A program made the translations under genes and the position numbers. The notes beneath the pieces were generated by a model, which did no database searches, had not been told where the DNA came from, and was given only the letters and a program-made list of their open reading frames with translations. A stretch of DNA of 62,871 nt, filler included, from Welwitschia mirabilis (taxonomy: Eukaryota), in the NCBI GenBank assembly GCA_051453625.1. It is 5 parts of one record of this genome, joined end to end, with 100 filler letters (N's around TTAATTAATTAA, not from the genome) between each part and the next. Parts side by side here need not be neighbours in the genome. Positions count along the whole stretch, not along the records: positions 1 to 27,446 come from JBOZIK010000001.1; 4 more parts are not named here. One strand, 5' to 3'. Positions 13,901 through 26,931 of the stretch are shown here, one piece after another; the stretch's first letter is position 1; each line of letters opens with the position of its first letter.

Positions 13901-14707
13901 TTTTCACAGGGGCTTAATATTCAAACTGTTTCACTGAGTCGAGAAAAGGAGTGGCATAAACTTTGAGAGTGTTTTGAGAAAAATGGCTGGTGACACCAGT
14001 CAAGAAAGGCGTTAATACTAGTTAGGATGAGAATTATAATTACAAAAAAAAAATAGTATTTAACAAATGTCTTATGGATCATGCAACACTATAAAATCAC
14101 AAGAAAACTGAAACAAAAATAAAAGCTTAGAAAACCCCAACTACCTAGTCATTGGTAAATATGGGAAGGCAGAGGTAGATAGTTATGCAAGTTGGGTAGT
14201 CACTTTATATAAAGGGTTACCAGTTTATAAAGCTACTGGTTCCCTGTATTTGCCTTTTGTATGGGAATGTACACAAATCTACGCTTAATAAAAATTAATT
14301 AAAAATTTTAAATTTTTAGTATTTTTTAATAGCAAGCTTACATAGAAAACCAGAATTAAAATGCAAAAAAATTAGAAGGACATAAAGCGAGTTAATGTTT
14401 TAGTTTTACAATTCTTGANNNNNNNNNNCATAATGTGCAAAGAAATACGTTAATTTATAACAAAACTAAGTTAGAGTAAATAAACTAAAGAAAAACTCAA
14501 AACCGAATTAGCTTGGGTATTACTAGAATGACTAGTACCAACCACTAGAAAGAAAGATAAATAAATACATAAAAGTATTTGTTAAAAAAAAAAAGAGTTT
14601 AGCTGTCACTGGAAAGAACCAGTACCTATTGTTGAAAAAATAAAATCTAACTAAAAACTTATAAGATAGATAAGTGTATGCTCTTTTTGAGCAATACCAT
14701 GCCATTA

Positions 14708-14725
14708 TCCTTAGAAATGATGCTA
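14708..14725 (-). promoter_or_regulatory. Degenerate tRNA-Asp PBS
   Basis: TAGCATCATTTCTAAGGA: 8 differences from consensus, 7 are transitions; adjacent to the LTR. Confidence 0.65.
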
Positions 14726-14731
14726 AAATCT

Positions 14732-16076
14732 TATTATAGTTTACAGTGATTCAGAAAACTAAGTTAAAAATTTAATTATTATTCTTTCGCAAGGATAATT
14801 AGGGTTAAGTAAATAGAAATTAAACAATTTCTTGCTAACTTATAAAAGGTAAGAAAACAAAAAAGGACATAATAGGAAGTTGAGATCTTTGTTTTGAAAC
14901 TTCATTGTGAAAGAGGAACGTAAGCAAGATTTAAGTGTGTTTGATTCATTTTTCAGCAATTCCTTACTTTATCACATGTAATACTAACCTGAAACAAACT
15001 TCAAAATATTAAGTGTAAAAGCTTAGGTCATTGTGACATAATATCATTCACCATTTAAGTGTTAGTGAATTTGATAGTCATTAATCCCATAACCTTATAA
15101 TAAAAATAGAAATTATGAACCAATTATATGCAAGATCCATGAAATTATTAATACTATAAACTAATTAACTAATCAGTTTCACTCAGTTAACCAAAGTAAA
15201 AATTGATAGTGCATTATCCCTTAAGTATTCTTAGTACAAAATGAAATGAAACTAATCTTCAAAAGGAAATAACCCTTTAGTATTAAATCAAGTAAAATGC
15301 ACATTATATCAAAGATGAAAGGAAGGAAAAAGAACTCCTCAAGATCCTTACAATAAGATCACTCACTAAGGAAGTACCCAGAAAGCTATTACACCTTGAC
15401 GCTCCAAAGGTTTTGTGCTTTATCCAAATGAAGGATGCTTACAAATGAATGGCTAAGACTGTTTTATAAGTGAGGGTAGGGTTTAGATGATTGATAGCTT
15501 TTGGCTTATAGCATTAGGTAGAACCTCCATATTTTAGCATTTGGTAGATAAGATTTTGTCTTGTAGCATTTAGTGGAGGTTGTCTTATACCATTAGGTAA
15601 ATAAGATTTTGTCCTATATCATTAGGTACGATCTTTGTCATTTAGCATTTGGTGGAGGTTGGGTTCTAGGATCTGGTAGAGATTATCATATAGCATTAGG
15701 TAGAATATTTATCTTGATAAATCCAACATGTGACTTTTGGATCTAGATTACTTTACAAAATAGTGCTATTGTTACATGTCTCTAATGCCATCTCCACATG
15801 CCTCTACTACATGTCTTCCAATGCTGCTACTACATGTCACCACCTCATGTCTCCATTACCATCATTGTTTTGTGCAGAAATATGTTTATCTTCCATCATG
15901 TATTCTAAAACATGATAAAAGATCTATAATTATTATGGAGAAAAGAATAATGTTAAATTTTATTTTAAAAATAAGAGAAGACATATTTTATGAGCAAAAT
16001 AATTAAATTAATGTCTTCCTTTATAATAAATTGGTCTAAAACACTTCATATAAATGTTAACTTTTACATGTTAATA
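14732..16076 (-). repeat. 5' LTR of the non-autonomous element
   Basis: Bounded by the PBS and by the same terminus as the 10997 copy; minus-strand TATA gttttataag ~15461. Confidence 0.7.
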
Positions 16077-18141
16077 GTTTCCTTATGTCATTGACCAANN
16101 NNNNNNNNNNNNNNNNNNNNNNNNNNNNNNNNNNNNNNNNNNNNNNNNNNNNNNNNNNNNNNNNNNNNNNNNNNNNNNNNNNNNNNNNNNNNNNNNNNGT
16201 CCTTTATAATAAATTGGTCTAAAACACTTCATATCAATGTTAACTTTTACATGTTAATAGTTTCCTGATGTCATTGACCAAAGATTAATAATTCCTTAAA
16301 CTTTTGACTGTTATTTTGTTTTTCTTTCTATTGCAAGTTTTATTAAATTGTCTCTTTTGATTAAGTTACCACATGTATCCTTGTTGAAGAACAATACTAG
16401 GTTCATATGTAGTCAAATGCAGTTCACTACTATACATGAACAATGTGACCAGTGTGTCATTGTGTCATAAAGAATAACCAAGTGCCTATAACTTACATAA
16501 GATCCATTAAATGATTGGTTGTTCTTCTTGTAGCATTATAATCTTCATGATACATTACAACTGACATACGCAATCCTTCTATATATGATATCCATTCTTT
16601 ATATGAAGTAAAATCCTCATTTCCATCAATCTTATTTTCACTTTTTTGATGTATAATTTATTAATATTCAATATCCATCTAAGTGACACTTCTATAAGTG
16701 TATTACTTTCAACTTGTTTTAAAAATGCATAGTACAAAATTTAATAAGATTAAATATTATAAGTTACAATCGTAAAAATTTCCACTATTAGAACCTCATC
16801 TAGATTAATAATGTAATGGTGAATCAAACAATATAGGAGGAGGGATAAATATAATACACAAAAGTAAAACGCCATTGAAATAATATAAGAGTTAGAGGGA
16901 ATAGAAAAATGAATTTGTTAAACATAAAATCATAGGAGTATAGCAACATGTTCACTTTAAATTTATAGAGCTAACTTTGACCCTTTTTTATAAACTTGCT
17001 TTTGCAGATTTTATCACATTCTTTGAAAACAATTTTGAAAATTTCACACTTGACCTTCATTTGATTTGAGAAGCTACTTATTGTCAAATATATGGAAGCA
17101 TATTACATTAATTTTTGGATAATGTTCATGCTAAATACCCATTTGTATTATTTATAAAATAGAAGATAATTAAGATAATGATATCACTATTTATTTAATG
17201 GTGTTTTAGAAAGTAAGAAGGATGAAAGCATATCTTCACATTTTATGACTTCTTATTTCATATTGACCTTTGAACATAACACTTTGGTAGTTGGTGGACT
17301 TTATCTTTATTGAACATGAATAACATCACATTAGTTATATTATCCCTTCCTGGTTTTGTAGCTTCATTACTAGGTGTTTTAGGAGATGTTTGTGTAATAA
17401 GCTTGATTTATTTATCCTATTAGTTTTGGCTTAGATATATCATTACTCCACCATATAGGATCACAATTCTCTAGCAACAAAATGGAGTTCATTCTTATTC
17501 TTAAATGCTTTGTGATATTATGATGTATTGTAAGTGAATAGATTCTACTTAATTTTATTAAATTTTATCTTAATTCTCCTTATTTATTACTTAAATTTTG
17601 TTAACTAGTGTTATAGGGAATTGATGAAATATGAATAAAAAACACTATAAGAATTGACTTCTTTAAGGTTTGACTCCTTAAACTACTACAACTTTAATGC
17701 CTTGATCCTAAATGAAATGATCTTACTTCCTTCCTTATTATACCTTTCAATTTAGATGAATCATTATGATGTTAGAATAAATCATAACTTCCATTATAAC
17801 TAAAAATGAATTTTTTTCCCCATTTGTTAGACGTAACTACATACTGCAACTTTTAAAGCTTTTTTAATAAACTTCTCTTCTACTATAACTTTATGTTTTT
17901 AGATAAAACCATTAGCTCTAATTTAGCTACTATGTATCAGGATTGAAGCCTTAAGATCTAACACCATATTCGAAGTTTCATGTAAAAGTATAAGTAAGTA
18001 CAAGAATGTTCTAGTTTCATGATGGAATTTAGAGAAAGAGTGTTTTGATTCTGTGTTAAAGTTAAGTATGAAAGCTTAAAGTTTTTTTAATAGTTAAAAT
18101 AATAAGCAAACAAACCAAAGTTTAATATATTTCAAATGCTA

Positions 18142-18322
18142 GTTAATGACTGCTTACCAGAGTCATAAGGTCACATATACATAGACCTAGAGTTCTAAAT
18201 CTCAAACCCTAGCAGTGGCGAGGAACATAAGAAACAAAGTAAATTTCGTAAGCCCAAGTGCCACTGGGTATTTGTGTAGCATAAAATTATCTACTTGATA
18301 TCCCTCTAACCCAAAAAAAAAA
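18142..18322 (+). mobile_element. Candidate tRNA-derived SINE (~180 bp)
   Basis: A10 tail at 18313-18322; flanking direct repeat t(t/c)caaatgcta at 18131-18141 and 18323-18333; B-box-like gagttctaaatc ~18190; more GC-rich than its flanks. Confidence 0.6.
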
Positions 18323-19652
18323 TCCAAATGCTAATAAAGATAATTAAATAACTAATAACTAAGGATTAAAAATAAAATATTATCATAAATGATAATATTT
18401 AGGTAGGTAAGTGGTTCATGAATGAGCCATGTACATAAGTATTGAACTAAGGCCTATATAACTTCAAGTGTTTTACTACATTTCATTTACTTTAGATGTG
18501 ATTCTTCTTCTTATTTTTTAATGATTTTGAAATTAATTGTCTTCATATTAGATAGTATTTCATTAAGAAGGGATAGTTGTGTTTTTTGAATGCAAAATAA
18601 AACATGTTATTTCATGTTTCATTAACTAAGTTAACAATTATTAAATTAATTATGTTAACTTACTAACAAATGATGGATCTAGCATTTTCTTGATTTACTC
18701 TTCTAATAGTCTACATGATAGGAATTAACTAGGATAGTAATTGAAATTTATACTTTTAAAATTCCTTTGATATTTGAGAGAGACTTTAGTAACCTCAAGA
18801 ATGTAAATGATAATACTAGAGATCATTTCATGCTTTTGACATTATTAGAAGTACATAGTTGATTATATTTAAAGGAAGAATTTTATTTAATTAATGAAAA
18901 TTTGAAATTGGTTACACATAGCATCCAAATTATTCCTAAAGTAAGATGTGAAAAGAAGAGTCATTTATTATGAACTACCTAGATAGGTCTTGTGTACCCT
19001 TAATTTTATTTTTGAGTAATCATTTGTCTTTTCATGTTTATCAAGCTATAATAAATTGTTAGAGAATTTTTCTATTATTTTAATAGCTAATAGCTAAATT
19101 TGGTAATTCTAGAAATAAGGGAAAAAAATCTCTTTATCATATGAATGCAATGATTTGTTTTAAACATGTAAGTAAAGATTTACTTTTTTAAATATGGGAT
19201 GCTAAGCCACATCTTTAGAAAAATTTGACTAGATGGATTAGTAGACCAAAGCCATATTATGGGTAAAATTGAGTGCTAGATTTTGTTACAAGTAAGTGGA
19301 AAAAAAATGCAAAGATTAAAGTATGATAAAATCAAAAAGAAAATTCTAAACCTTTATTAGTAGCTCTAACTTGATCCTTTTAATTTATCAACTTAAGACA
19401 AGTTAGCCACAATAAAAGCTATTTAGAAAAAATAGAATTAGGATTATGCTAAAAGTTCTCTTACCAAAAGACAAATGTATTGATTAAGAGTTAGAATTTT
19501 AGTTGTAAAAGATTTTTTAAATTTCTTAACAAGGTTTGAATATTTTAACAAATCATCATAGAATAATATTTAAATCAAAATAATTTAATTTTAATAAATT
19601 TAGTAGTGTTATTAATGTTATTTCTAAAGCCTTAAAGAATGAACATATTAAT

Positions 19653-21436
19653 TGTGGATTGTAGAACCAAGAGGAAAGGGATGAATGAGTTCCCCAAAAA
19701 AGCTTATATTACACTATAAATAAAAAAATATTAACTTGTTGAAAATAAGTGCATGAAAATAAAAGATATAACTCTTACTAGTTTTACACAGTTTCCAAAC
19801 TCAGATAATTCACGCTTCGGGGATTAAATCCAATACATCTATAAATATTTCTAATTAGAAACATTTTATAATTTCTAGCTCACCACCAATATTAGAATGC
19901 TTGAAGTATAATGAACTTTCTCATCATAAGGTAGTTAGCTCAAACCCTTAGGATTTAAGCTTATAAAATTATGATTCCCTCAAAAATATACTATAATACC
20001 TCACAAAGCACTCATGCAACTTGGAATCCTTCTAAGATCCCAAAGGTATAAACCTCTCAAATCAATAATAAAGTAAAACAAAGGAATGAGTATCTAAAAT
20101 AATTCAGAGATCTTATATTCACCTTTATGTATATGAGTATAATGGAACTAAGCTAGAAAGAAAATGAAGTAAAGAATAGTACTTGCTTACTTAGTATGAG
20201 TTTAGAAAAAAAGGAATTTAATGAAGTTTTTGATTCTTCCCTTTCCTTGATGTTTCAAAGATTTTTTTTCTCTTTTAATAGCATGCCTCTTATGCAGTTG
20301 AAAACAAGTCCTTATTTGAATTGGCTTGCTTAAAAATTTCGTCATGATTTTATCTTTTTATTTCTTTCATGAAAGGTTTCCAAATCAGATTATTAAAAGG
20401 ATAACATGTAGAACATACTCAAATTTGCACCTTGTAATAACCATTTTATTTTTGAATTTTAAGTCAAATTAGACATCTTCATAACTTATAGATGCCTTGA
20501 GATCTATAGGCATCTTTACAATGTGTAGACATGTTTAATCTATAGCCATGCATGCTTCGCACATGATAAAAGTTTGATTCTAGTTGTTGGTAAAAAGATC
20601 TTCTTAGTATGAGTGTCTTCAATATTTATAGACATATGTTACTAAAGTTTTTATACTTTATTAAGACATATTCACATGAGAATATGCCTATAATCTTGAT
20701 TTTGTAGAAGATAAATTTATTAGCTTTGATAAACATCTTTTGTCACACTTTTCTAAATCAATTAAGATGTCTTTTATCCTATAAATGTTTAGTGGTATGA
20801 TAGATGTCTTTGAAAAGTGTAGATGTCTTGTGTCATGATTCATTAGTTTACCTAAGATATCTTTCATCTTGTATATTTATAATGGTATGGTATATGTATT
20901 TAAAAAATGTAAATGTCTTCTTTAAAAAAAAAAAATTCTTTAAAGCACATGAAGCTCACTAAGACATCAAATTTTAAATTGAACTTGAAACACTCAATAG
21001 ATGTCTTATAGACATCTTCACATTGGTAGACATCTTCACATATAGTAGATGTCTTTTTCCTTCTAAACATCTTGTTTGCACTTAATTAAAAATTAAATTT
21101 CATGATCCTTGTTCACATATGATATAAAGCATAACAACTTTGGCATATTAGAACTGGGGAGTTTAACAATATCCCTTTTTTTTATGATGATTAAAACTTG
21201 ACAATTTTATTAAAAGCATTAATGCTGAGATAGCAAGAAAAATTAGAACTTAAAAAAGAATAGCATTATTAAGCTATAACAAGTGTTAAAAAATAGAAAA
21301 TAAAAAGCAAAAGTAATATTTTTCCAAACTGAAAATTTCATTTTCCAAAATATTTCTCTATGTTTATTTCATTGAAGAGCTTACTTATAAAGGCAAGCAC
21401 ACCATTAAAGTTTCACTAGGGTTTTCATGCATCATT
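19653..21436 (-). mobile_element. SIRE-like Ty1/copia 3' LTR (19653-21168) plus PPT and adjacent internal fragment
   Basis: Starts TGTGG...aagaggaaagggatgaat. Ends TTAACA followed by atatccctttttttttatgatga, a decayed form of the SIRE atctccccctttttgatgatgac junction. Contains an internal palindrome array. Confidence 0.72.
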
Positions 21437-22009
21437 NNNNNNNNNNNNNNNNNNNNNNNNNNNNNNNNNNNNNNNNNNNNNNNNNNNNNNNNNNNNNNNN
21501 NNNNNNNNNNNNNNNNNNNNNNNNNNNNNNNNNNNNATTACCTATGGGACTATAATGTGCATATAAACCTTAGCAATTCACCTCCTCAACATGGAAATAT
21601 GCTTTCCTCCAAGGAAAAACTGAAGTGCCTAGGGAAAAACCTTGGGAATGTATCCTATAATAAAACCTTCAAAAACAAGTTTTCATGTGAGGAAACTACC
21701 TCATTAAAGAATTAGTCAATTTATTGCTACACATCCTGCAGTAGATAGGATTATTATGTACATTACACATCCCAGATATTTAGTCCTCCTCATCTCCTTT
21801 AGAAGATGTAGTATATGCTGCTACGATTCCTCTTACTTATACATCCTAGTATAAAGAGATGTAAGACAATTCATCATTACATCTATAAACTCTCTGGAGC
21901 ATGTAGTATAACACATATTACATTGGGGGTTGGGGGGGGTAAAGAAAGTAAAAAAAACATGGTAAAAGTAGATAAGACGCTAGACAATTTTACTTCTAAG
22001 TACTATTGA

Positions 22010-22610
22010 TTATTCTAATTTATGTTTAGCTACATAAATAGAAACAAATAGAAATAATATTACTTGAAAAGTAATATAACATGCATAAAATAATACTCAA
22101 AACATTAGTTTTTTAGCTTTATATTAAAGTACCAGATTATTACATGAATATTCCTTAGCAAGCAACGCTTGAAGTATTAAAGATGCTACTGAATCCTTTA
22201 CAAAATAGCTGAAGCCTCTCTATTAGCCTTTTTCTTGAGTTTATTCCTAGAGATTTTTGCTAAAAAGATCGCCACCTTTGATGCTGATCTCTTCTTTACA
22301 TCTCTTTTTGTTTTTCTATTTTCTTTTTTTGGTCCTTAGGGATAGGTTTATAGTTAAGGTTGTTACTACCTTTCTGCCACCTCAACCTTCTCTTTCATCT
22401 TCATATGGAATTTTGTATCTTTAACTCAATAATAATTTATATACATGTACGCGCGCGCGCGCGCACACACACACACACATACACAAAAACCTACTAACCT
22501 ATTAACTTACTCACCTATTAATTAGTACGAATATTAACCAAATCCATAAATAAAAACATCTATTACTATCTAAAATGGATAATGATAAAATAAAAAATAG
22601 TTTATTAATA
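22010..22610. repeat. Copy 1 of a ~550-600 bp diverged duplication containing an exon-like segment
   Basis: Aligns with 23600-24140 (tttatgtttagctacataaa...; gtcct.aggg/aatagg; ctactaac...cctatt.attagta). Confidence 0.75.
22450..22484. repeat. Compound (CG)7(CA)n microsatellite
   Basis: cgcgcgcgcgcgcgcacacacacacacacatacac read directly. Confidence 0.97.
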
Positions 22611-23599
22611 AGTAAAATTTGTATCAAAATTAGCGATCATCAATAATAAAATCTTAAGAATGACATATCAGACACTCCATCATAAGGGATATGAAAAAAT
22701 TAAGTAATAGTATATGGAGTGACCCTAAAGTAGATACCTGAGATCATGGTCTTTAATATTGATTTTCAAATGAATATGATCTTAGTGTTGACATAAAATA
22801 AGAAACCACCTCCATACTCTGAACAAGGTATTAAGAGAGGTTTCCACTCCTAGTAATTAAAGATCTACTCCATTAGTAGGAAAATATATTTGAATGTTGC
22901 TACCTAGATTTATATTTCCCTGAGCATGATTTTAGATTTAAATTAGGTATCAAAGAGCATTTGTGCTTACTCATCTAGATGGGTGAATAGATCCATCTAT
23001 TTAGAGGTAGAGCCTTTATCCTCCTTTCCCTTTATAAAGCATGAGAGTCTGGGAGTGATCTAGACTCAAATCACATTATACAACCATTGCTAAAAATATA
23101 ATATCATTATAATAATTCTAGAAACTAACTAATTTAAATAGAGAGTGTGAAAATACACATCATATGATGATCATATGTTAATGTGCATTACACATAGAAG
23201 ATAGAAATAAATATGATAGTTTTTAAGAAAAATATGATTAATGGGTGGCTTGTATAATAAAATAAGTACTAGAAGTATCACAAAATAATATAAAAAACTA
23301 TAAAATATTGCTGGAAAAATGTAGAAACTATGCTACTGCTAACTTAGAATAAGCACACATCATTAAATGAGAATCCATCTTACTAAAGAACTAGTTGAGA
23401 CTTAACCATTTAGTTCAAAATTCATCATTACAATAGTTTTATGATGAATTTACTTGAACCAGTCAAGTTATTTATCAAGTTATTTATTTAAGCTTAATTA
23501 CTATGTACATATATTACACTAACGGGGAATAATGAAAGAAATAAAACATAATAGAGGTTTAAAAAACTGCTAAGCAATACTTATTTCTAAGTAGTGAAA

Positions 23600-24140
23600 T
23601 TATCCTAGTTTATGTTTAGCTACATAAACAAGAATAAGATAGAAGCAATATTACTTTTTCAAGTAATAAATTATGCACACAATAATGCTCAAATGCTTTT
23701 CAGCTTTATATTGAAATACCAATTGTTACATAAATATGAGCTAACAAACTATGTTCTCCTTNNNNNNNNNNATACCTTTGCAGGCTAGCCGGAGTTCCCT
23801 AGCTTGACCTTCTTGCCTTGTCTATTCTTAGAATATTTTTACCAAAAAATTCCCACCTTAGGTGGTAATCACATTCTTATACCCTTGTTAGTTTTTCTGT
23901 TTCCATTCTTTAGTCCTAAGGAATAGGTATATATTTGAGGTTATTATGATGATCTATTATCTCAGCCTTCTCTCTTATTTCCATGCCACTTGGCATCCTA
24001 CATCTGAAACGTAACAATGAAATATAGGCATACTAACCTACTAACATAGTAACTAACTAACCTATTGATTAGTAAGCATTAAGATAGATAAAAACATTTA
24101 TTTGCTAATAAATTATATAATTGAGATTATAAAATTTTTA
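23600..24140. repeat. Copy 2 of the diverged duplication
   Basis: Aligns with 22010-22610; the minus-strand segment 23776-24003 is bounded by tttcag| and |gtat. Confidence 0.75.
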
Positions 24141-24449
24141 TTANNNNNNNNNNAACAAACAAAGTATTTATAAGAGAAAAAATAGACCCAGGTTGGGGAT
24201 GTTTAAGATATTCTCTAGAAGGGTAGATTACCCATGACACATTCATAGTACAAGAAACTTAAAAAAGCAGAAGCTGCAGATCCTTGTGCTGCAATTTTAG
24301 TGCTTTGTAATTGTCCTTGCTTTTCATACTCAAAATTAGCATTTTTAATCATAATAGTTGCATAAATATGGTCATGGTTTTCTTGGCTTACATTGGTTAC
24401 TTCATATTCTACAAACCACAAATATCTGCAGCTTTTACTCATGAATATA

Positions 24450-26931
24450 CTCTTTATTTAATGAATGACTTTTCTCATCATCATCATCTAAATAACCATC
24501 CTAATCTTGATTATTGAAAGATGTAATCAAGTTGTCATTATCTCCCCTTTGCTCATCTCCTAATTGGTATAATGATAAGGTTTGATTTAAAATTTTATTC
24601 TCAACTTGGAAGTAAGAATTATAATCATTCATTCTTAAGTTGTTTTCATTTTTCTCAAGGTAAGATAAATCAGGATAGTTTTAAGGATTTTGCATTAGAA
24701 GATTTTATTGAAGAATGGCAACCAAGTTTTCNNNNNNNNNNNNNNNNNNNNNNNNNNNNNNNNNNNNNNNNNNNNATGTCCCTTAATTTTCCCATTAGAT
24801 CACTTTATACTTCATAATAGTTTATGGGAGATGGATGGAATGGGTAAAAGTGATTGTATAAGGTTGTATCTCTAAGATTTTCTTCATTAGTTCTATATGG
24901 ATTTTTCAAAGGAAAGGGGGAATAATAAGGTGGTTAAAAAGATGAATGAACCATATTCATAATCTCAATATTTCTTTATGTTCATCTTCCTTTTTTTGCA
25001 AAAAGCTCTCTAAGTGTTTTCTTATTATTTTCCTTAGATTCTCTTCTCTTTTTCTCAGCAATAAGTTCTCCAACTATTTTTTTACTATTATTCTTAGATT
25101 CTTTTCTTCTTTATTTAGTAATAAGTTCCCCAACTGTTTTATTACTATTATCTTCATATTTGTTTTTATACCTTTCAAGACTTTTTATATGAATGATTCT
25201 ATCACTATTCATTTTTTAGAAGAATGGAGGAAGAGAATCCTTAGTTCAAGATGAAGGTAGGTGCTTAAAGATGATAAAAATAAAATAAGCTTAAAAAAAT
25301 AATATATGCACTTGGAGATTGTATTTTCATCCTTCTTAAATACTTTCTTGTTTCAGCAGTACTTTTTTTCTTCTAATAAGCCTTTTTTTAAACCAATCAC
25401 ACCATAGTTCCTGTAAGTAGAAAATAATAGAAAACAAATCAAAAAATAATAGATCATTATCTTGTCTGTCATAGGGATGACAGAAGGGATGAATCACATA
25501 GAAACTTTGAAAAACAGAAACAAAACTAAACCAAAACAAAAAATTAGGAAACACAAAAAAGAGGCCTATCATCCACCTGTTTTAGAAAATTGCAATCTAA
25601 AACTAAAACCAAAAATAACACTATTGTCCTGACTATTGTGGGGACAACAGAGGGGATGAACACACTTTTTTATAAAAAATTGAAACCAAAAAATCAAAAA
25701 TAAAAAATAGCATACAAAGATCTATAGCTTAAAGCTCCTAATAAAATACACTACCACATAGATAAATAATTGAATAGAGGTCTGATATACTTACCTGAAT
25801 GATAACAATCCTTGTACTCCTCGATATCATCTCCTCAGCAATGGTGCTAAGATATTGTGGTGTGTATTTGTACAAGTTTTTACATTCAAAGAGATCCTGT
25901 TATTAATAATTAAAATAGATATTTTATATAATACATCACACTAGTATGATGGAAGTTAATCCAAAATGTCATATCCACGTTGAATTCTATGAGTATAAGA
26001 CTCAGGTTGCTTTGCAAATGAATAGGAACCAGAAATAAATAACAATGCAAGAAAATAAATTACAATGCAAAATGCAAAATGCAAAATGCAATTTAAACTA
26101 ACATGCAATACCAAAAATAACCCTAACTTTACTTGCTTTTAGCCTTAATAAAAGTTGCCTTTGATAATCTACATTACTCAAGAAATTATCACCAAATCAA
26201 GGGCAATATAAACTATAAGGACCATAAGAAAATCTACAATGAAAACATGAAAATAAAACCAAGTTTTTATATTAAAAGAGTAACAATATCTGGATTACAA
26301 AATAGTCAGGTATCAATAGAGGATACACAACCCTCTACTAAGTGCACATCTTTTTGTAACACATGTATATGGATCTCTTACCCTTTGATCTTCTGTCACG
26401 AGAATGTCCGATGCAATCAAGATAAGAAAGAGGGTCAAAAGAGGACTTATTTATAAGAAAATATAATAGAAAAGGATAGATAGTAGGTGCAGTTAAGTGC
26501 ACTCATAATAATTCCAAAATGGACAAAACAGTTAAGGGAATCTATTAGAGTCAGTTATATGTTAGTATTATCCAGGCTATCATTTGGATGACATAGGGGA
26601 TGATAACACATTATAAAATATCTTGAAATGATGACTCAGTAGTCCACATCAACAGTTGTCATCCTGCCTATTGTTTGGATAATCAAGGGGATGACGATCT
26701 TCTTTGATAATTTTCTTGAGGAGAAACTTAGCATTTTTGTCCTAAATATTTCTTAAAAGATCTGTTCATCAAAAAGTGTTTTTAATGCATTAAATTTGGA
26801 TAAGAATCAAACTTTTATGAGATTTTCTCTTATATCTCCAAAATCCTTAGAATTGCACCTAAACCTATATAAAAGTCCTACAAAACAACTCATAAAATCC
26901 TATCAAATAATCTTAAATTAGTAGCGCAATA
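24450..26931 (-). mobile_element. Athila-derived, probably non-autonomous element: 5' LTR 25853-26931, PBS 25832-25849, short gag-like remnant
   Basis: PBS TAGCACCATTGCTGAGGA; LTR TATTGTGGTG...TAGCGCAATA; reverse complement of 24460-24630 matches 56070-56209. Confidence 0.78.
25015..25160. repeat. 60-bp tandem repeat (about 2.4 copies)
   Basis: t.ttttt.actattatt.cttagattc...tctctt...tagcaataagtt..ccaac repeated with period 60. Confidence 0.8.

Larger units (their letters stand above)
10495..16076 (-). mobile_element. Non-autonomous Athila-related element (two LTRs, Asp PBS, ~3.7 kb internal region without recognisable pol)
   Basis: 10495-10997 aligns with 15580-16076. PBS 14708-14725. PPT-like cacctc followed by gactttttactagacccttag at 10998. 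Only a Q/P-rich gag tail remnant at ~13150-13830. Confidence 0.72.

Noticed and set aside
10685..16006. Two similar short ORFs (10685..10924 and 15730..15915)
   Set aside because: Both lie within paired LTRs; their similarity reflects LTR identity, not a gene family.
17230..17395. Minus-frame MFNKDKVHQLPKCYV resembling a FAR1/MULE motif
   Set aside because: Too short; no SWIM Cys/His residues, DDE domain or TIRs visible.
22944..22958. PBS-like aggtatcaaagagc
   Set aside because: Imperfect match with no definable LTR or gag alongside.
24215..24442. 75-aa minus ORF as a possible host exon
   Set aside because: No recognisable motif or convincing splice signals.
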